Positions 49,094 through 60,936 of a DNA stretch of 64,000 nucleotides are shown here, in pieces. The stretch is from Trichosphaerium sp. ATCC 40318 (Eukaryota; Protista; Tubulinea). The position numbers were made by a program, and so were the translations under genes. The notes beneath the pieces are model-generated. The model was not told the origin of the DNA, did not search any database, and worked only from the letters and a program-made list of their open reading frames with translations. Numbering within the stretch: position 1 is the stretch's first letter; every line of letters starts with the position of its first letter. Where the stretch lies: positions 1 to 64,000 of the forward strand of contig JALMLS010000414.1 in assembly GCA_038496445.1 (NCBI GenBank), in the 5' to 3' direction.

Positions 49094-51072
49094 TAGTGAA
49101 AAGTATAAAATGTCCCAACCACAGGTAAAATGTCCCCACTTTTCAACACTTTTTTTGAACAAAAAATTGATGCTACGCTCTTAAAAAAAATACTTTTTTA
49201 TTCTGATTTTAACATGATGTGTCCATTTGCGTTGAGTACCAGTTACCAAAAGATCGCCCTCCTGTACATTCTTCTTCGTGCATTTCAACCATTTTTTTTC
49301 CATCAAATTCTTTTAAGCAGCATGGGCATGACCCATACTGATCACAGACTTCACACCACACCCACATAGATCCTCCCCTCCATAAGCGCTCGCCACATAT
49401 CTGACAGGTCTCACATTCATTTTTGTACTTCTTCTTAGCAGTGGCAAGTTTTTTTTCCTGTTTTTTTTTTTCTTTTTTCTGTCTTGTCTCCTCTCTACGA
49501 ACATTCTCCTCCTCAATTTTTTTTTGTTTAGCATCTCTTTTGAGTTGCCTTAGCTCTGCCTTGTGTTTAATTTCTTGTTCTTTATCTATCTTTTTTTTTT
49601 TTGCTAATTCAACCATTTGGGTAGCAATATAAGCATCCCCTTTTGGTACTGTCATTGGACCGATTGTTAGGGCATTTACTTGATTGCTGTGGCTGTATAG
49701 CTCATCCATAGCGTTTTTGGCTTTTCTAGCAGTATCGGTGATGAAGGAAGGTGATTGTTTAGGTTGGACCCCTACATTTTTTGAAGCATGATTTAAGATC
49801 AACTTTCTGTTGTAGGGTACAATGCCCACGGACTTCCATGCTGATTTTAAGATTTTGGGAGACAGTGCTTTGGTCTCTGCAGCTGCAACAGCCATTATGT
49901 CATAACGTCGTGTTTTATGTTTGATCTCTGTGCCACTTTCAATTGTAATTTTCCTGTTTAATTTATATGCCTGAGCTAGGGTAGCAAATGGCTTGTCATC
50001 TAAGGGTTGCGTGAAATGTGAGGTATGAGGCACCCATGTGATAGTGTGTACATGCTGTTCAAGGCATTTTTGTAACGATTCTGTTTTAATGTGGCTGGCC
50101 AATCTATCAAGGAATAAAAATGCAACCCTGTCCCCTTGAAAAATTTTCAAGTGCTTTAAGAACACATCAAGAATTTTTGGCCAAATTTCGTTGGTCACAT
50201 ACCCTTTACCATGAAATATATAGTATCTAGGCCATGAAGAGCGGGTATTTGTTGGTCTGGGTACTGTCATTTGATGCACTTTTTGTTCATCACCTTTGTT
50301 TTTTGCTGCCATTATATAAATTGACACCAGTACGCGTCCAGAGGCTGAAACAAACGGAATCAACGTGAGAGGGCTGCTTGTGTTATTGTTCAGCCGCCCA
50401 GCAATTTTCATCGTTCTATCTTGAAAGGTAATGTGTTGATACTTGTCACTTGATGCTGTTATCAACTTTTCGTCACAATTGAACATCAAATCTGGGTTCA
50501 TATAATACATCTCTGAGAATCGCTCAAAACCATCACACCAAGCTTCTACACGTGGCAGAGTGACAGGAGATACACGGCAGCGGCGAATTGTCTTCGAAAC
50601 AGTGGCTTTGAGTTCAATATTGTGTCTTTCAGTGAAGCCATCACACCAAGCTTCCATACTGGTCGACTTCTTCTTCTTGTACAGACTTTGTGCCATAGAT
50701 ATCAAGGCTGCACGTGATAGAGGCATATGACGCCCGCTAAAACTCAAACAGTAGCCAACCAACATTTCTTCTTCAAAATCCGTAAAAAGTTGGTTGCCAT
50801 GAGATTTGAAATTCTCCGAATTCTCCTTTGCAAATGCCCTCTGAACACGCTTTCGTAGTGATTCTGATTTAACACAGTGTTTTTTAGCCACTGTGATGCA
50901 AATTTGACGAATTGAGAGTGTTTGTGAAGGTTTACGCTTCTTTAGTTTATAAAGTACTTCCTTTGTGGCCTCTGCCATGTTTTTAGCCTTTGCGGCACTT
51001 CTGCGAGGCATTTTAAAAATTGAAAAGTGGGGACATTTTACCTAGAATTGGGACATTTTATACTTTTCACTA
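49094..51072 (-). mobile_element. Complete pogo/Fot1-like DNA transposon (1979 bp) with about 53-bp TIRs
   Basis: TIR tagtgaaaagtataaaatgtcccaa(ccac/ttct)aggtaaaatgtccccacttttcaa at both ends; ATT on both flanks; absent from the paralogous arm. Confidence 0.93.
49209..51011 (-). CDS. DDE_1 (pogo/CENP-B-type) transposase, DD35D, with C-terminal PHD-like zinc finger (600 aa, intact)
   Basis: N-terminal HTH-like region (LFTDFEEEML...WCDGFTERH); FNCDE, LFLDRLASH, HTSHFTQPLD with 35 residues between the 2nd and 3rd Asp; CQIC...WVWCEVC...CPCC. Confidence 0.92.
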   Translation of the reverse strand: MPRRSAAKAKNMAEATKEVLYKLKKRKPSQTLSIRQICITVAKKHCVKSESLRKRVQRAFAKENSENFKSHGNQLFTDFEEEMLVGYCLSFSGRHMPLSRAALISMAQSLYKKKKSTSMEAWCDGFTERHNIELKATVSKTIRRCRVSPVTLPRVEAWCDGFERFSEMYYMNPDLMFNCDEKLITASSDKYQHITFQDRTMKIAGRLNNNTSSPLTLIPFVSASGRVLVSIYIMAAKNKGDEQKVHQMTVPRPTNTRSSWPRYYIFHGKGYVTNEIWPKILDVFLKHLKIFQGDRVAFLFLDRLASHIKTESLQKCLEQHVHTITWVPHTSHFTQPLDDKPFATLAQAYKLNRKITIESGTEIKHKTRRYDIMAVAAAETKALSPKILKSAWKSVGIVPYNRKLILNHASKNVGVQPKQSPSFITDTARKAKNAMDELYSHSNQVNALTIGPMTVPKGDAYIATQMVELAKKKKIDKEQEIKHKAELRQLKRDAKQKKIEEENVRREETRQKKEKKKQEKKLATAKKKYKNECETCQICGERLWRGGSMWVWCEVCDQYGSCPCCLKEFDGKKMVEMHEEECTGGRSFGNWYSTQMDTSC

Positions 51073-51911
51073 ATTCGTTTTGTTGCCATTTGATGTGCTA
51101 ATGTTGTAATCTGTTAAAAACGTTCATTAACTTTTATGTGAATGAGAAACTTCACTAGATATTACCACAGACCTTAAACACCATTCTTTTAAGCCAGTGT
51201 TAGTAACGTATTTGCTTATCTAAATACTGACCAAGCAAACCACAAAAAAGGTGGGTAATGTAATACTAAACCACACTGCACTTGAATAAGTCTTGAGCTG
51301 TTAAAAATGTTCGATTATGTTAGTGTTGTAATGACCATGCGTTTTATAAGTTCTACTTGCTCTCAATGGCTTTGAAATTACTTTACGCTCGAGACATATA
51401 TCCAAAGCCTAGTATCAAGCAAAAGATGGTGCGTTTTCCCTTATTTTTCGTAGCCAGTTAAGCCAGTCTCAAAAACCGCTAGCCATTTAGCGACCACCTC
51501 TAACTCTGAGCGCCACAGAGATATTTTATAAACGAACGCGTAATAGAAGTAAGGTGTTAACGAAACAGTTTTGTGACAGTCCGATTAACACTGGGCCGGT
51601 TCAGTCTCGAGTCGCGAACTGTTTAAGCCAAAAATTCTGAAATGAAATAACATGTTTTTGGGTTTGGTTTTTTCTGTAGTCTTCTTTGCTAAAATGTTTC
51701 CCGTATTCCAGATAGCCAAAATTGAATCGTGAACCGAATAGGCATAACCACTGAAAAGATATTGAATCTGCCCGAATCACGTGTATTTTTTTTTTAGATT
51801 TATCTAAAAATACCAATACCTTTGTTCTTAAGTGAGAGGAGCGAAAAGTACCAAATCTCCTATTCTAATTATTAATATCCTTTCATATTAATTCTTGGAT
51901 GTTTGTAACCT

Positions 51912-53806
51912 ATGCGTTTATTTGTAAAGGTAATACAATATTTGCTGTTCCTTAACACGTTTCCCCATTTTCGAAATTACATTTCATATTTGGTTTTCAT
52001 CTTCGAATATCACATGACTTCAAGATTTGCCTTATTCTCGCTGTTTGTGTATTTACATCACCGGAAGCACGTGCACAGTTGTTTCGAGGTGTACTTGGGA
52101 AAATACAACATACACGCTCCATAATGATACAGACAATGATTCATGCGAAATGGGTAATGTTTTGTGAGAACGTACTTTTATTCGCCCTAATTGTGTATTT
52201 TCTCTGTTAGGATTCAATCCTCTCGTACTAGATAGTATCATGGAAGCATCTGTAATGACTCTATTTCCCGTACGTACAAGGATAGCACATAATTTATTCA
52301 ACGTTTCATTTCATGTTCCCAAAAACACGTGATTAACAGGTTAATAGCGATTACGATTGAAAATTACCACTGCAAACACTATTGATTACTTTTGGTACGA
52401 CAACTCGCTAGTCAGTGCCATCGCTTTCGAACTGGGATATACTGGGAGCGTCATAAACGATACCAACTGTCCTACGCTTGAGAGAGGCGTGCGTACAATC
52501 GGTTTAGAAACCATATTTAATCGCTTTATTGACAGGTCATACGAAATACTTGCGCATCAGAGTATTTCGTTTGTGAAGCACCCTCTAGCAATTCTCCTTC
52601 ATTACCAACACCTTGTATTCAGATATTGGACAATGTATCTTGTGATCACTATAACAACGTTTCAGGTATTGAGGAACTATCATGTTAAGTCTGTTTTTTT
52701 AATTTATTTCAAAAAACAGGTCATTGCTACAACCCTGTTAATTTGGCTTTTACATGGCCTCAAGCTCAAGGTACCTTCGCAAAAGTAGGTAGCACCGTTT
52801 TTATCAATAACATTTTCATAAGGACATTGCTTACAGCAAGGCGGATACCTTGCAACAGTCACCAACGAAGAGGAGTTTAATTTCATTACTGCAATATTAC
52901 CTTTACAAAGTCTTGCCCATGGTCACAATGCAATGCTTGGATTGACAAGTGGATATAGAACTCATCTTGACTTTCAATGGGTACTAGTACATAACTAAAT
53001 CACAATCAATTAACACCAGTACAAAGGCAGTAACAAACGAATCATTTGATTATGGACAACTACTTTTTGGAACTCCTTGGATGGATGGACAGCCACAAAA
53101 AAACCCTCGTTCCATTGAAAATTGTGTATACATGCGTAATCAAACTAGAAACGGGATAGGTTGGGTTGATATTACTTGTTACAGAAGAGAATTGTTCATA
53201 TGTGAACTTGATTCAAAGCCAACAGGTACAGACTTTTCGCTAAAGAAAAGAAATTTTAACTTTTTTTTTAGCATCACCGACTGATGCACTACTAACAGGT
53301 ATAATTTTACAACATACACCATAGTATCAGGTTAGATGTTTGCTAATGTTTGTTGTTAGATTTTATACCAATGGATAGTGTTATTGTACTTGCTAATGAT
53401 GTTTTTGTTGATGGTACAATAGTTCTTTTTCGCCTACTAAACTTGAAAAGGAGCAGCTAGGTTCAATAATACAGTACTTCAACTGAGCAAAACAAATACA
53501 ATACTCGAAGCGGGCGGCTGTATCATTGGTTCATTCACAATCGACGCAACAGCAATTGAGGTAAACTACAACTTTCTCATTGTTAGTAGTAACATATTTT
53601 AGGAAGCTTCAATAGTGATATCACAACTTAAAGTATGTGAAAAGGTTGCGCCAATGGTTCTCTTGAGTGGAAACCAGTGTACTGAGCAAACAAGATCATC
53701 TACATCGCTTTTAAGTACTCTCAATGTAGAGGTTTTAAGATGTAGTAGTCGAACACTCACTGTGTACACTGTATTACTTCTTGTCATGGTATTTTTACTG
53801 TTGTAA
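51912..53806 (+). CDS. Membrane-anchored C-type lectin domain protein, multi-exon
   Basis: Signal MRLFVK|ICLILAVCVF; GHCY...TWPQAQ|GHCLQQGGYLATVTNEEEFNFI...LGL...FQW|...WMDGQP...ENCVYM...WVDITC...FICE; hydrophobic C-terminus. Confidence 0.8.
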
Positions 53807-53865
53807 AGTCTTCGCCAATAAAAATCACACGAAATGATATATCTGGTGTTAGGCATGTGTTTCTC

Positions 53866-55798
53866 GCTTTGGATCTATGTCTCAAGCGTAAAGTAATTTC
53901 AAACCCATTGAGAGCATGTAGACCTTAAAAAACGCATGAGGTGCATGGTACAACATCAACAAAATTGCACATTTTTAAAAGGTTTAGAAGATTACAGATT
54001 TTGTTGTTGAGTTTATTACCCGTCGGTACCACATGTGGTGGCATTACTACACTAACAAAATCGCACATTTTTAACAGCTCAAGACTTATTTAAGTGCAGT
54101 GTGGTTTAGTACTACATTACCCACCTTCTTTGTGGTTTGATTTGTCAGTATTTAGATAAGCAATACATTACTAACACTGGCTTAAAAGAATGGTGTTTAA
54201 GGTAATATCTAGTGAAGTTTCTCATTCACATAAAGTCAACGTTTTTAACAGATTACAACATTAGCACATCAAATGGCAACAAAACGAATGGTACAGGCTC
54301 TACACAATAAATAATATTTAATTAACAAATAATAGATAACACTTGAACAATTGGGCATAGAAGTTCTTCTACACGTTCCACTTGAACTACAACTTGATAT
54401 CATCGATTTAAATCCTGATATTTATTTAATATGGCCATTGTTATCTAAATACACGGCACTAACAACCAGATTCGATAATCAGTTTAAAAAGCATGGCAAA
54501 TGGAAGCGTTTCAGAACGATTAAGAATGAAAACCTCGAAACAGATAACACATGCCAAACCAAAGTTCTTCAGGTAAAGCATGTGGCAAAAACTCTAGTAT
54601 TGAAATTGCCCGCAGTCTCAATTTTCGGCAACAACATTTGAACAAATAAGACTGTAGTAGAGGCTAACAGATTGTTATATAGGTTGAAGAGACTTGGAGA
54701 CATGGTAAACGTCATGGACGACACAAGATGTGGCATACAAATGGACAAGAGTTGGAGGAGTATTATTACGTTAATGATATGAAAGAAGGAGAGTACAACG
54801 AGTGGAACAAGGATGGCCAGTTGGTGGTATGCTGTACATATAGCAAAGACAAAAAAGAAGGAGAGTACAAAGAGTGGTACTATCATGGCCAAATAAAAGT
54901 TCACTGTAATTACTCAAATGGTGTGGTTCATGGAGATTATAAGAGTTGGTATCATAATGAGAAACAATGGGAACTTTATAACTATGTTAATGGTAAAAAA
55001 GAAGGAGAATTCAAAGTGTTTCGTGTTGGTGGTTTGTTAGCAGAAAAAGGTACCTATTGTAATGGATTTCTAAATGGCAAGTTTGTATCATGGCAAGGTG
55101 ATGGACAAGTACATAGACAGATTTGTTACAGTAACGGAAAATACGATGGAGAATACAAGGTGTGGTGGAGTAGAGAGAAATTGAAAGTACATCAATATTA
55201 CCAAAAAGGAAAACATGAAGGAGAGTACAAGGAATGGTATGCAGATGGACAAATCAAAGTCAAATGTTTTCATGTTGATGATAAGATGCAAGGAGAGTAC
55301 AAGAAATGGTACAACAATGGTCAATTACAAGAGCACAGTCATTATGTTAATGGTTTGAGGGATGGTACATGTGAGAAATGGCATGACAATGGACAGTTAA
55401 AAGAGGTTTGTACTTGGGTCAATGGTAGAATTGAAGGAGAATTTAACCAGTGGAAGTCAAATGGAGAGTTATTTTACAAGTGTGTTTATTGTATGGGCTC
55501 AAAACTTTAAAGTGATAAGTGCTTTGGAATAAAGAATCTAACTATAACCCTTACCTATCATAAAATCGTTTTTTACATTTTTATGTGGTTGAGGCTTAAA
55601 AGTGGTCTGTGTTCTACCTGACATAAAAATGGAAATATAAAGGGTTATGTGTAGATGGTAAACTACAAGGAGAAGACATGGAATGGTACCCGACGACGTG
55701 GGTTGATAGTAAAAATCATGATGGTTAGAACAACTTGAATCTAAGTGCAGTGTGGAACGAAAATGGCGAAACAAGACAAATATATTAGCGAATTGCCT
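53866..55798. repeat. Arm B of inverted segmental duplication (empty-site reference for both TEs)
   Basis: See arm A. Confidence 0.9.
54273..55510 (+). CDS. F-box-like plus MORN-variant repeat protein, 3 exons, intact
   Basis: Exons 54273-54290, 54336-54572 and 54683-55510 join in frame: MATKRM|ITLEQLGIEVLLHVPLELQLDIIDL...LLSKY...KVLQ|VEETWRHGKRHG... then about 11 GEYKEWY-x-x-GQ repeats. Confidence 0.88.
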
Positions 55799-55900
55799 GA
55801 TGAAACGTTCATTGCAATGAGGCGTAGCGTTCTCAAAATACGGCAGTGAATTGTTTGTGAGACAAAATCTCTGTAAACCTTTATACCGTCCTTGTAGCGT
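55763..55900 (+). pseudogene. F-box relic
   Basis: MAKQDKYISELPDETFIAM then early stop; decayed counterpart near 46338-46375. Confidence 0.4.
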
Positions 55901-56819
55901 AAGTACGAATAAATTAGTGATTGGGAGAATTTTATGCACGTGTTACAGGGCTTGTTCACAACTTTTTTTTAGGCAACGTTTTCGCCACGTGAAATGGTTT
56001 TGGAGACTTTTGTGTGCCGTACTCGCGTTACTAGGACTCCAGACTATGTTCCTTTCGAACCAATATGTTGTGAGAGAGTAGTACTAAAGGTACTTCAAGT
56101 CGCATGTTCGTACAAACAACTTTTACGAAAAGTACTTTATTTAGCCAACAACTTTTTTTCTTACGATTCCAAAGAACTTTCTACACGTCATCTTTAGAAC
56201 TTACTGACTGTTTACTAGCGCTCTCTTTACCCTCAGTTTACCCTATACTAGCGGAAGCACTAGCGCTAGTAGGGTGTATGGTATACAAATCACTATCAAC
56301 GAGTATTGTACCCTACCAAGCGCTCAGACACAACTAACACCTATGTTTGGTTGACTAGCGAAAAACAGTATCACTTTTTATCCTCGTTGGTTTGTTCAGT
56401 CTTGTTCTCTCACGTGATCAGTTAAACCTAATGTCTGTTAGTAACACATAAACGTGTTTCGTCGTAGCGATAAAGTGTGAACACAACATACTAAAACACG
56501 TGTTTTTAATACTACAAGAACAATATTCTTACTTGATGCTGGGTAAGTTCTTTCGTTGTTGGAGCAATAAATACCCCGCTTTATAGTGCACATAATAGCG
56601 AGATACTCCACAGCGTCCTCAGTATAGCTTCGATAGAAGACTCACGTTAACATTACCTAAATCTTAGTTTTTGGAGCGCTACTAAGTGCGCAAGTGCAAA
56701 AGCAAAATGTAACACGAATTTTCATCTAATTTTATACCCAATCGGCCAAAACCAAGCGTCATAAACAACCAACAAGCGCAGCAACAACTCCTCAAACATA
56801 CCCTTTAACACTAAACAAC

Positions 56820-58102
56820 ATGCGTGTATCAAGTAATCTGGCAGTAATACTTGCTTTATTTTATTTCTCCTTTTGCGTTTCGGCTGCTTTTCGCGGTTCA
56901 GGTGGCAAAGTGATCATCAATGGGCTTTCTACAACACTTGAAGGCTTTTGGAAGCGTCATAATGTACAAGCTGTTGCTGGAGCGCTTTGGGACGCTCCTA
57001 ATAACAACTACAATGGCGCTATCTCAGACGCAAACACACTTGAGTACGAGTTTACTGTTGACCAAACAGGAACATACTTTATCGGACTTTACTCAGCACG
57101 TGTTCCTGCTGCAAATCCTCCAGACGGTTTCAGAAACGATGAAGGTACGTGTGAATTGTTTTCCTAAGCTCTATCGGTGTGTAGTTTTAACAATTGTATC
57201 TAGGAAACGACGTGTTTGTTTCCATTGTTGCCGGTTCGACGAACATTGTTACACCAACAAAAGTTTTTACAAATTTCGGTCCTGCCAACAACGAGTTGAG
57301 ATGGGGTGATACTTTCGATAAGAACCATGTCAAAAGCAAAGCTAAGGCTGACTTGAGCACTGGTACAACATACACATTGAAAATCGCTGGTCGTTCCGAT
57401 GGGTACTTCCTTAGACGCATCACAATGAACAAAGGAAGCATCTCAAGAGATGCTAATTCTCCTCAATCAAGCCAAGGCGGATCTACTCCTCGACCAACAA
57501 CTGTAGCACCTCCTCCACCAATGAATAGTAATATTTTCACTCTCCGTAAAGGTAACGCACTGTCACATGCTCTTGACGGAGGAAACGGAGGTGCCAACTT
57601 CCAAAACGTAAGCATTGTTTTCTTTGAAAAAAAAGGCCAAAAAAGTTGATTCTTTGCTTGAGTATAATGAATTCGTGTTTATGTGTTTTGTAGGTATATT
57701 TGTGGCAATACAACGCCAATAACGTAAATCAACATTGGGTTCAGATATCACGTGGTAACGGCTTTTTTTCATTCCAAAAGAGAAACACAAACAAATGTTT
57801 GGATGCTGGTAATGGCGGAGCAAATGGTCAAAATCTTCGTATCGTAACCTGTAACGCAAACACCCAAAACCAACATTGGCGTAAAGTCGCTGTTGGAAAC
57901 AACTTCAGACTTGAAAAGAGGAATTCACCTGGATTTTCTATTGACGGGAACAACGGTTCAGGAAACAGCCAAAATGTAAGTTTTTTTTTTTGTTTTTGAA
58001 ACTTTTCTGTACCCTTTTGCGTTCTTACTTACGTTTTAGGTATACATTTGGACGTCTTCCAACACTAACGGAAACCAACAATGGCGTTTTACACCTGTTT
58101 AG
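56820..58102 (+). CDS. Secreted protein with N-terminal beta-sandwich (CBM-like) domain, P/T linker and ricin-B (QxW) lectin domain
   Basis: Signal peptide; three repeats LDGGNGGAN-x-QNV/L-Y-L-W...NQHW, NQHW, NQQW. Confidence 0.85.
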
Positions 58103-58410
58103 TAAAAACATGAATCAATCAAAGAGCAACATTTCACCTGCAATAAAAATTTTTAATCGTGAATCTTTTACTGTTTTCTTTGTTTACTCATTCATTTGGT
58201 TGCCTCGAACCTTTTTTCCAATTGCTTGACCTTGTTTCATTATGAAATAGAATCATTTACAGTACTTTTCCTGACAGAAAAGTAATAAAGGCATCAGCAC
58301 TTGTTTTTTTTTTTAAGCCACGTGTACACTTGTCAGGTTTCTTTTATTTATCAGCACCATGTAAAGTACAAAGGTACAACACGTGTTGTTTTGCTTGAAC
58401 GCTACTGGGC

Positions 58411-59290
58411 CTAGTCAGTAACCACTCTAAAAACACGAGTGGTAACAATGTATGACCGCTTAACATCTTCGAATTGACGACAATAGTTATCACGAAGAGG
58501 TAGCGTACAAATTGCACACTTGAACGTTCGAGTACTTAAATCCACAGTGGTTGGTATTCCCAAAGACAACTAACACAATGACTTGTGAATATAAACTTAA
58601 TACAGTTTCTCTGGGCTTACGTACATTCTTGAAAGTATTTCTAATTTCACCAGTTGGTGATATTGATATACATAAAGTATGACTGTAAGCGCTACTGGAC
58701 GTATGCAGTAAATTGAGGGTAATTAACCATGAATTTTTTTCTCTCTCACATAAAGCGTTTTCGAGTTCGGAAACACGTGACGATAATCTTTTGATTATTT
58801 CATCTTTATCACAAGGTATTGAATCTAACGTCAAAGTAAACGAGTGAGATGTATTATCCAGTAACCAGCACACAAACACTAAAGTACCGCCCTAGAAGTC
58901 ACATGTCAGATAATCTTAACATCCTTTGTTCCACCAATACCTGCTTGTCAAGCCATAGCGTCGCTTCAGATATAGACTTATCAAGGGCACACTCAAAGAA
59001 CTTACAAAGGATACTACCAGTTCTACAATTGCAAATAAAAACACAAAAAAAAATTGATCTCTGGAACCTCATGACATCATCTGTTTTAGTTCGCAATTGT
59101 TCCAGCGTGAAAACAGCCTCATACTGTTCCACATTACTTGAAGACAATCAGTATTATCCGGTTTTAACTTCTTTTTTTTTTAGTCGCACGTGTCATTGGT
59201 AGCAATGATAGTTACGGTATTGTCGCTGTCTTTTACATATATTTCGAACGGTTTAATAGTGAACGAAACTGTTTGGTGTTCTTCCGCCAT
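58411..59290 (-). CDS. Paralogue B of the XRCC4/SAS-6/CCDC61-like-head gene
   Basis: MAEEHQTVSFTIKPFEIYVK...EQYEAVFTLEQLRTKTD...TGSILCKFFECALD...FKCAICTLPLRDNYCRQFE...VVTD*; comparable intron positions to 33778-34703. Confidence 0.65.
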
Positions 59291-59877
59291 GAGTACGCGT
59301 ACACGTGTTGTGTATCTGATACGTTTAAAACTAGGCTACTAAAAAAGTTGACTGAAGAGCGAAAGAACTAACTGCAAAGGTTATTTGTGAATGCTTGCAT
59401 CTACTCTTTAACACGAATCTTTGATGTTTCGTGATCATAATATTATTTCCGTAAAGCGAATAATGACTTGTAGAGATATTGCTCGTTTGTTTATCGACTC
59501 CGTACAAGGTCGGCACAGTGTAAGATCTTGCAAGAACTAACAGAAGTTGCAAGATCTGTCAGACTAAACACGAAAACCAAAAGTCACAAACAGCAGAAAG
59601 TGGCAAAGATTAGCAAACTTGAATGATACGGACTACTTTTGCCTTTTGCAGGGAACCTGTTTTTGCACTATTTACTCAAGTGTGATTTTGGAGAGACTGA
59701 GTTTAATCATGATATGGAAGCTGCTTAGTGGTGACAAAACATGTGATAAACAGATGTGCGCTCAATTGAAGGATGAACGATAGTGGAGAAAAAAAGGGTA
59801 AACCCGGCAACTTCGGTAATAATGTGCAGTTGATGAGCATATCAAATAGCGGTCATTACATTTATTAAATAAACAAA

Positions 59878-60936
59878 CTACCAGGTACCAGATGGTGGCA
59901 TTTTGAAATCTGAAAAACCGCCTAAACCATACCCATAAACATTAAAATAAGTTAACTCAATTGAAGTATAATTATTTGCGTTTAACCCTGTCATAATGAT
60001 GCGAAAAACCCTGTAGAAGTTTTCACAACCTTCTATAGGCCAGCAATATACTCCTAAATCATTTACAGGTATTGTCTCATCTTCAACAATCCATCAGTAA
60101 CAAAAAAACAACAAACAAAGAAGATAATAATACTGTACCATTCACGTGTCTTTTTATTACTTCCCACGTTTCTCCATCATTTGATGCTTCCAAATTCCAA
60201 CTCCTAAGTGCATCACAATTCTTTCTGCTTCTTAATGTATAATGCGTAGGTTTAACCTTTATGGTTCGTAAATTGAGTGCTACCTAACAGCACACATTAA
60301 TTCAAAAATCATAAAACAACCACAAGAAAAAAACAGGAAAAATTCCTTGTTGCAGTGACGATTTTATGGCTTTTATCAGATATCAAGAAAGACCCATAAA
60401 GTCCATTGAATTTCTTTACAAACAAAGAGCTCTTAAAAGTAGAATCTGGGGTTATGAAAAGAACTTTCTTCGAAACCAAAAAAAAAACTCAAAAAAAAGT
60501 ACCCATGAGTTCGCTTCTCCTCTTGTACAAAATTCATACACTTCTGGGCACAATACGGTTTGCGGATCACCTGTTGTGATTGTTTTGCACGTAACTTGAG
60601 CTGTAAAGAGAGTCATAACGGTGTTAAATACAGTTGTTAGCGTTTTTCCGTACCAATAGGCAAACTAGCGCTTTTTATGTATCCAGTGAACCCTTTGAAT
60701 TGTAATTCATGCAAATACGAGCATATTACCGCTTTTTGTTGTAAAACATCCAAAATATTGCCGTGAGATGCTTCATTAGGCAATGCGGTTATCCACGGTC
60801 GCCATAGATGCCTTGAATAGCTAATACAGTCCTTTACACGTTTTGATACCGTTCTAAGCGATACAATGAATGTCAGAGACTCTGTTTGCAAGTGAGAATA
60901 AATTTCTTCCAATAATTCGTTCGGTAAGGACTCCAT
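59878..60936 (-). CDS. F-box protein with C-terminal discoidin/F5-8C/SUN-like galactose-binding-fold domain, multi-exon
   Basis: MESLPNELLEEIYSHL...LRTVSKRV...LW; NSW|VALNL...VKPTHYTLR...ALRSWNLEASNDGETWEVIKRHVN...FYRVFRIIMTGLN...FNVYG. Confidence 0.8.

Larger units (their letters stand above)
46642..51089 (-). pseudogene. F-box+MORN-repeat gene copy disrupted by two transposon insertions
   Basis: Near-identical to the intact 54273-55510 gene; pogo element in exon 1, 1.2-kb element in exon 3. Confidence 0.9.
46338..51408. repeat. Arm A of inverted segmental duplication (partner 53866-55798); contains two TE insertions
   Basis: Reverse complement aligns to 53866-55798 once 47166-48369 and 49094-51072 are removed. 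Confidence 0.9.

Noticed and set aside
49094-51072. CACTA/EnSpm classification because of CACTA and a 3-bp TSD
   Set aside because: Motif orientation is reversed (TAGTG...CACTA) and the protein is a DDE_1 pogo-type enzyme
54351-54727. Apparent frameshift or pseudogene between ORFs 54351-54641 and 54728-55510
   Set aside because: A GT-AG intron at 54573-54682 joins them in frame, and an upstream exon supplies the ATG
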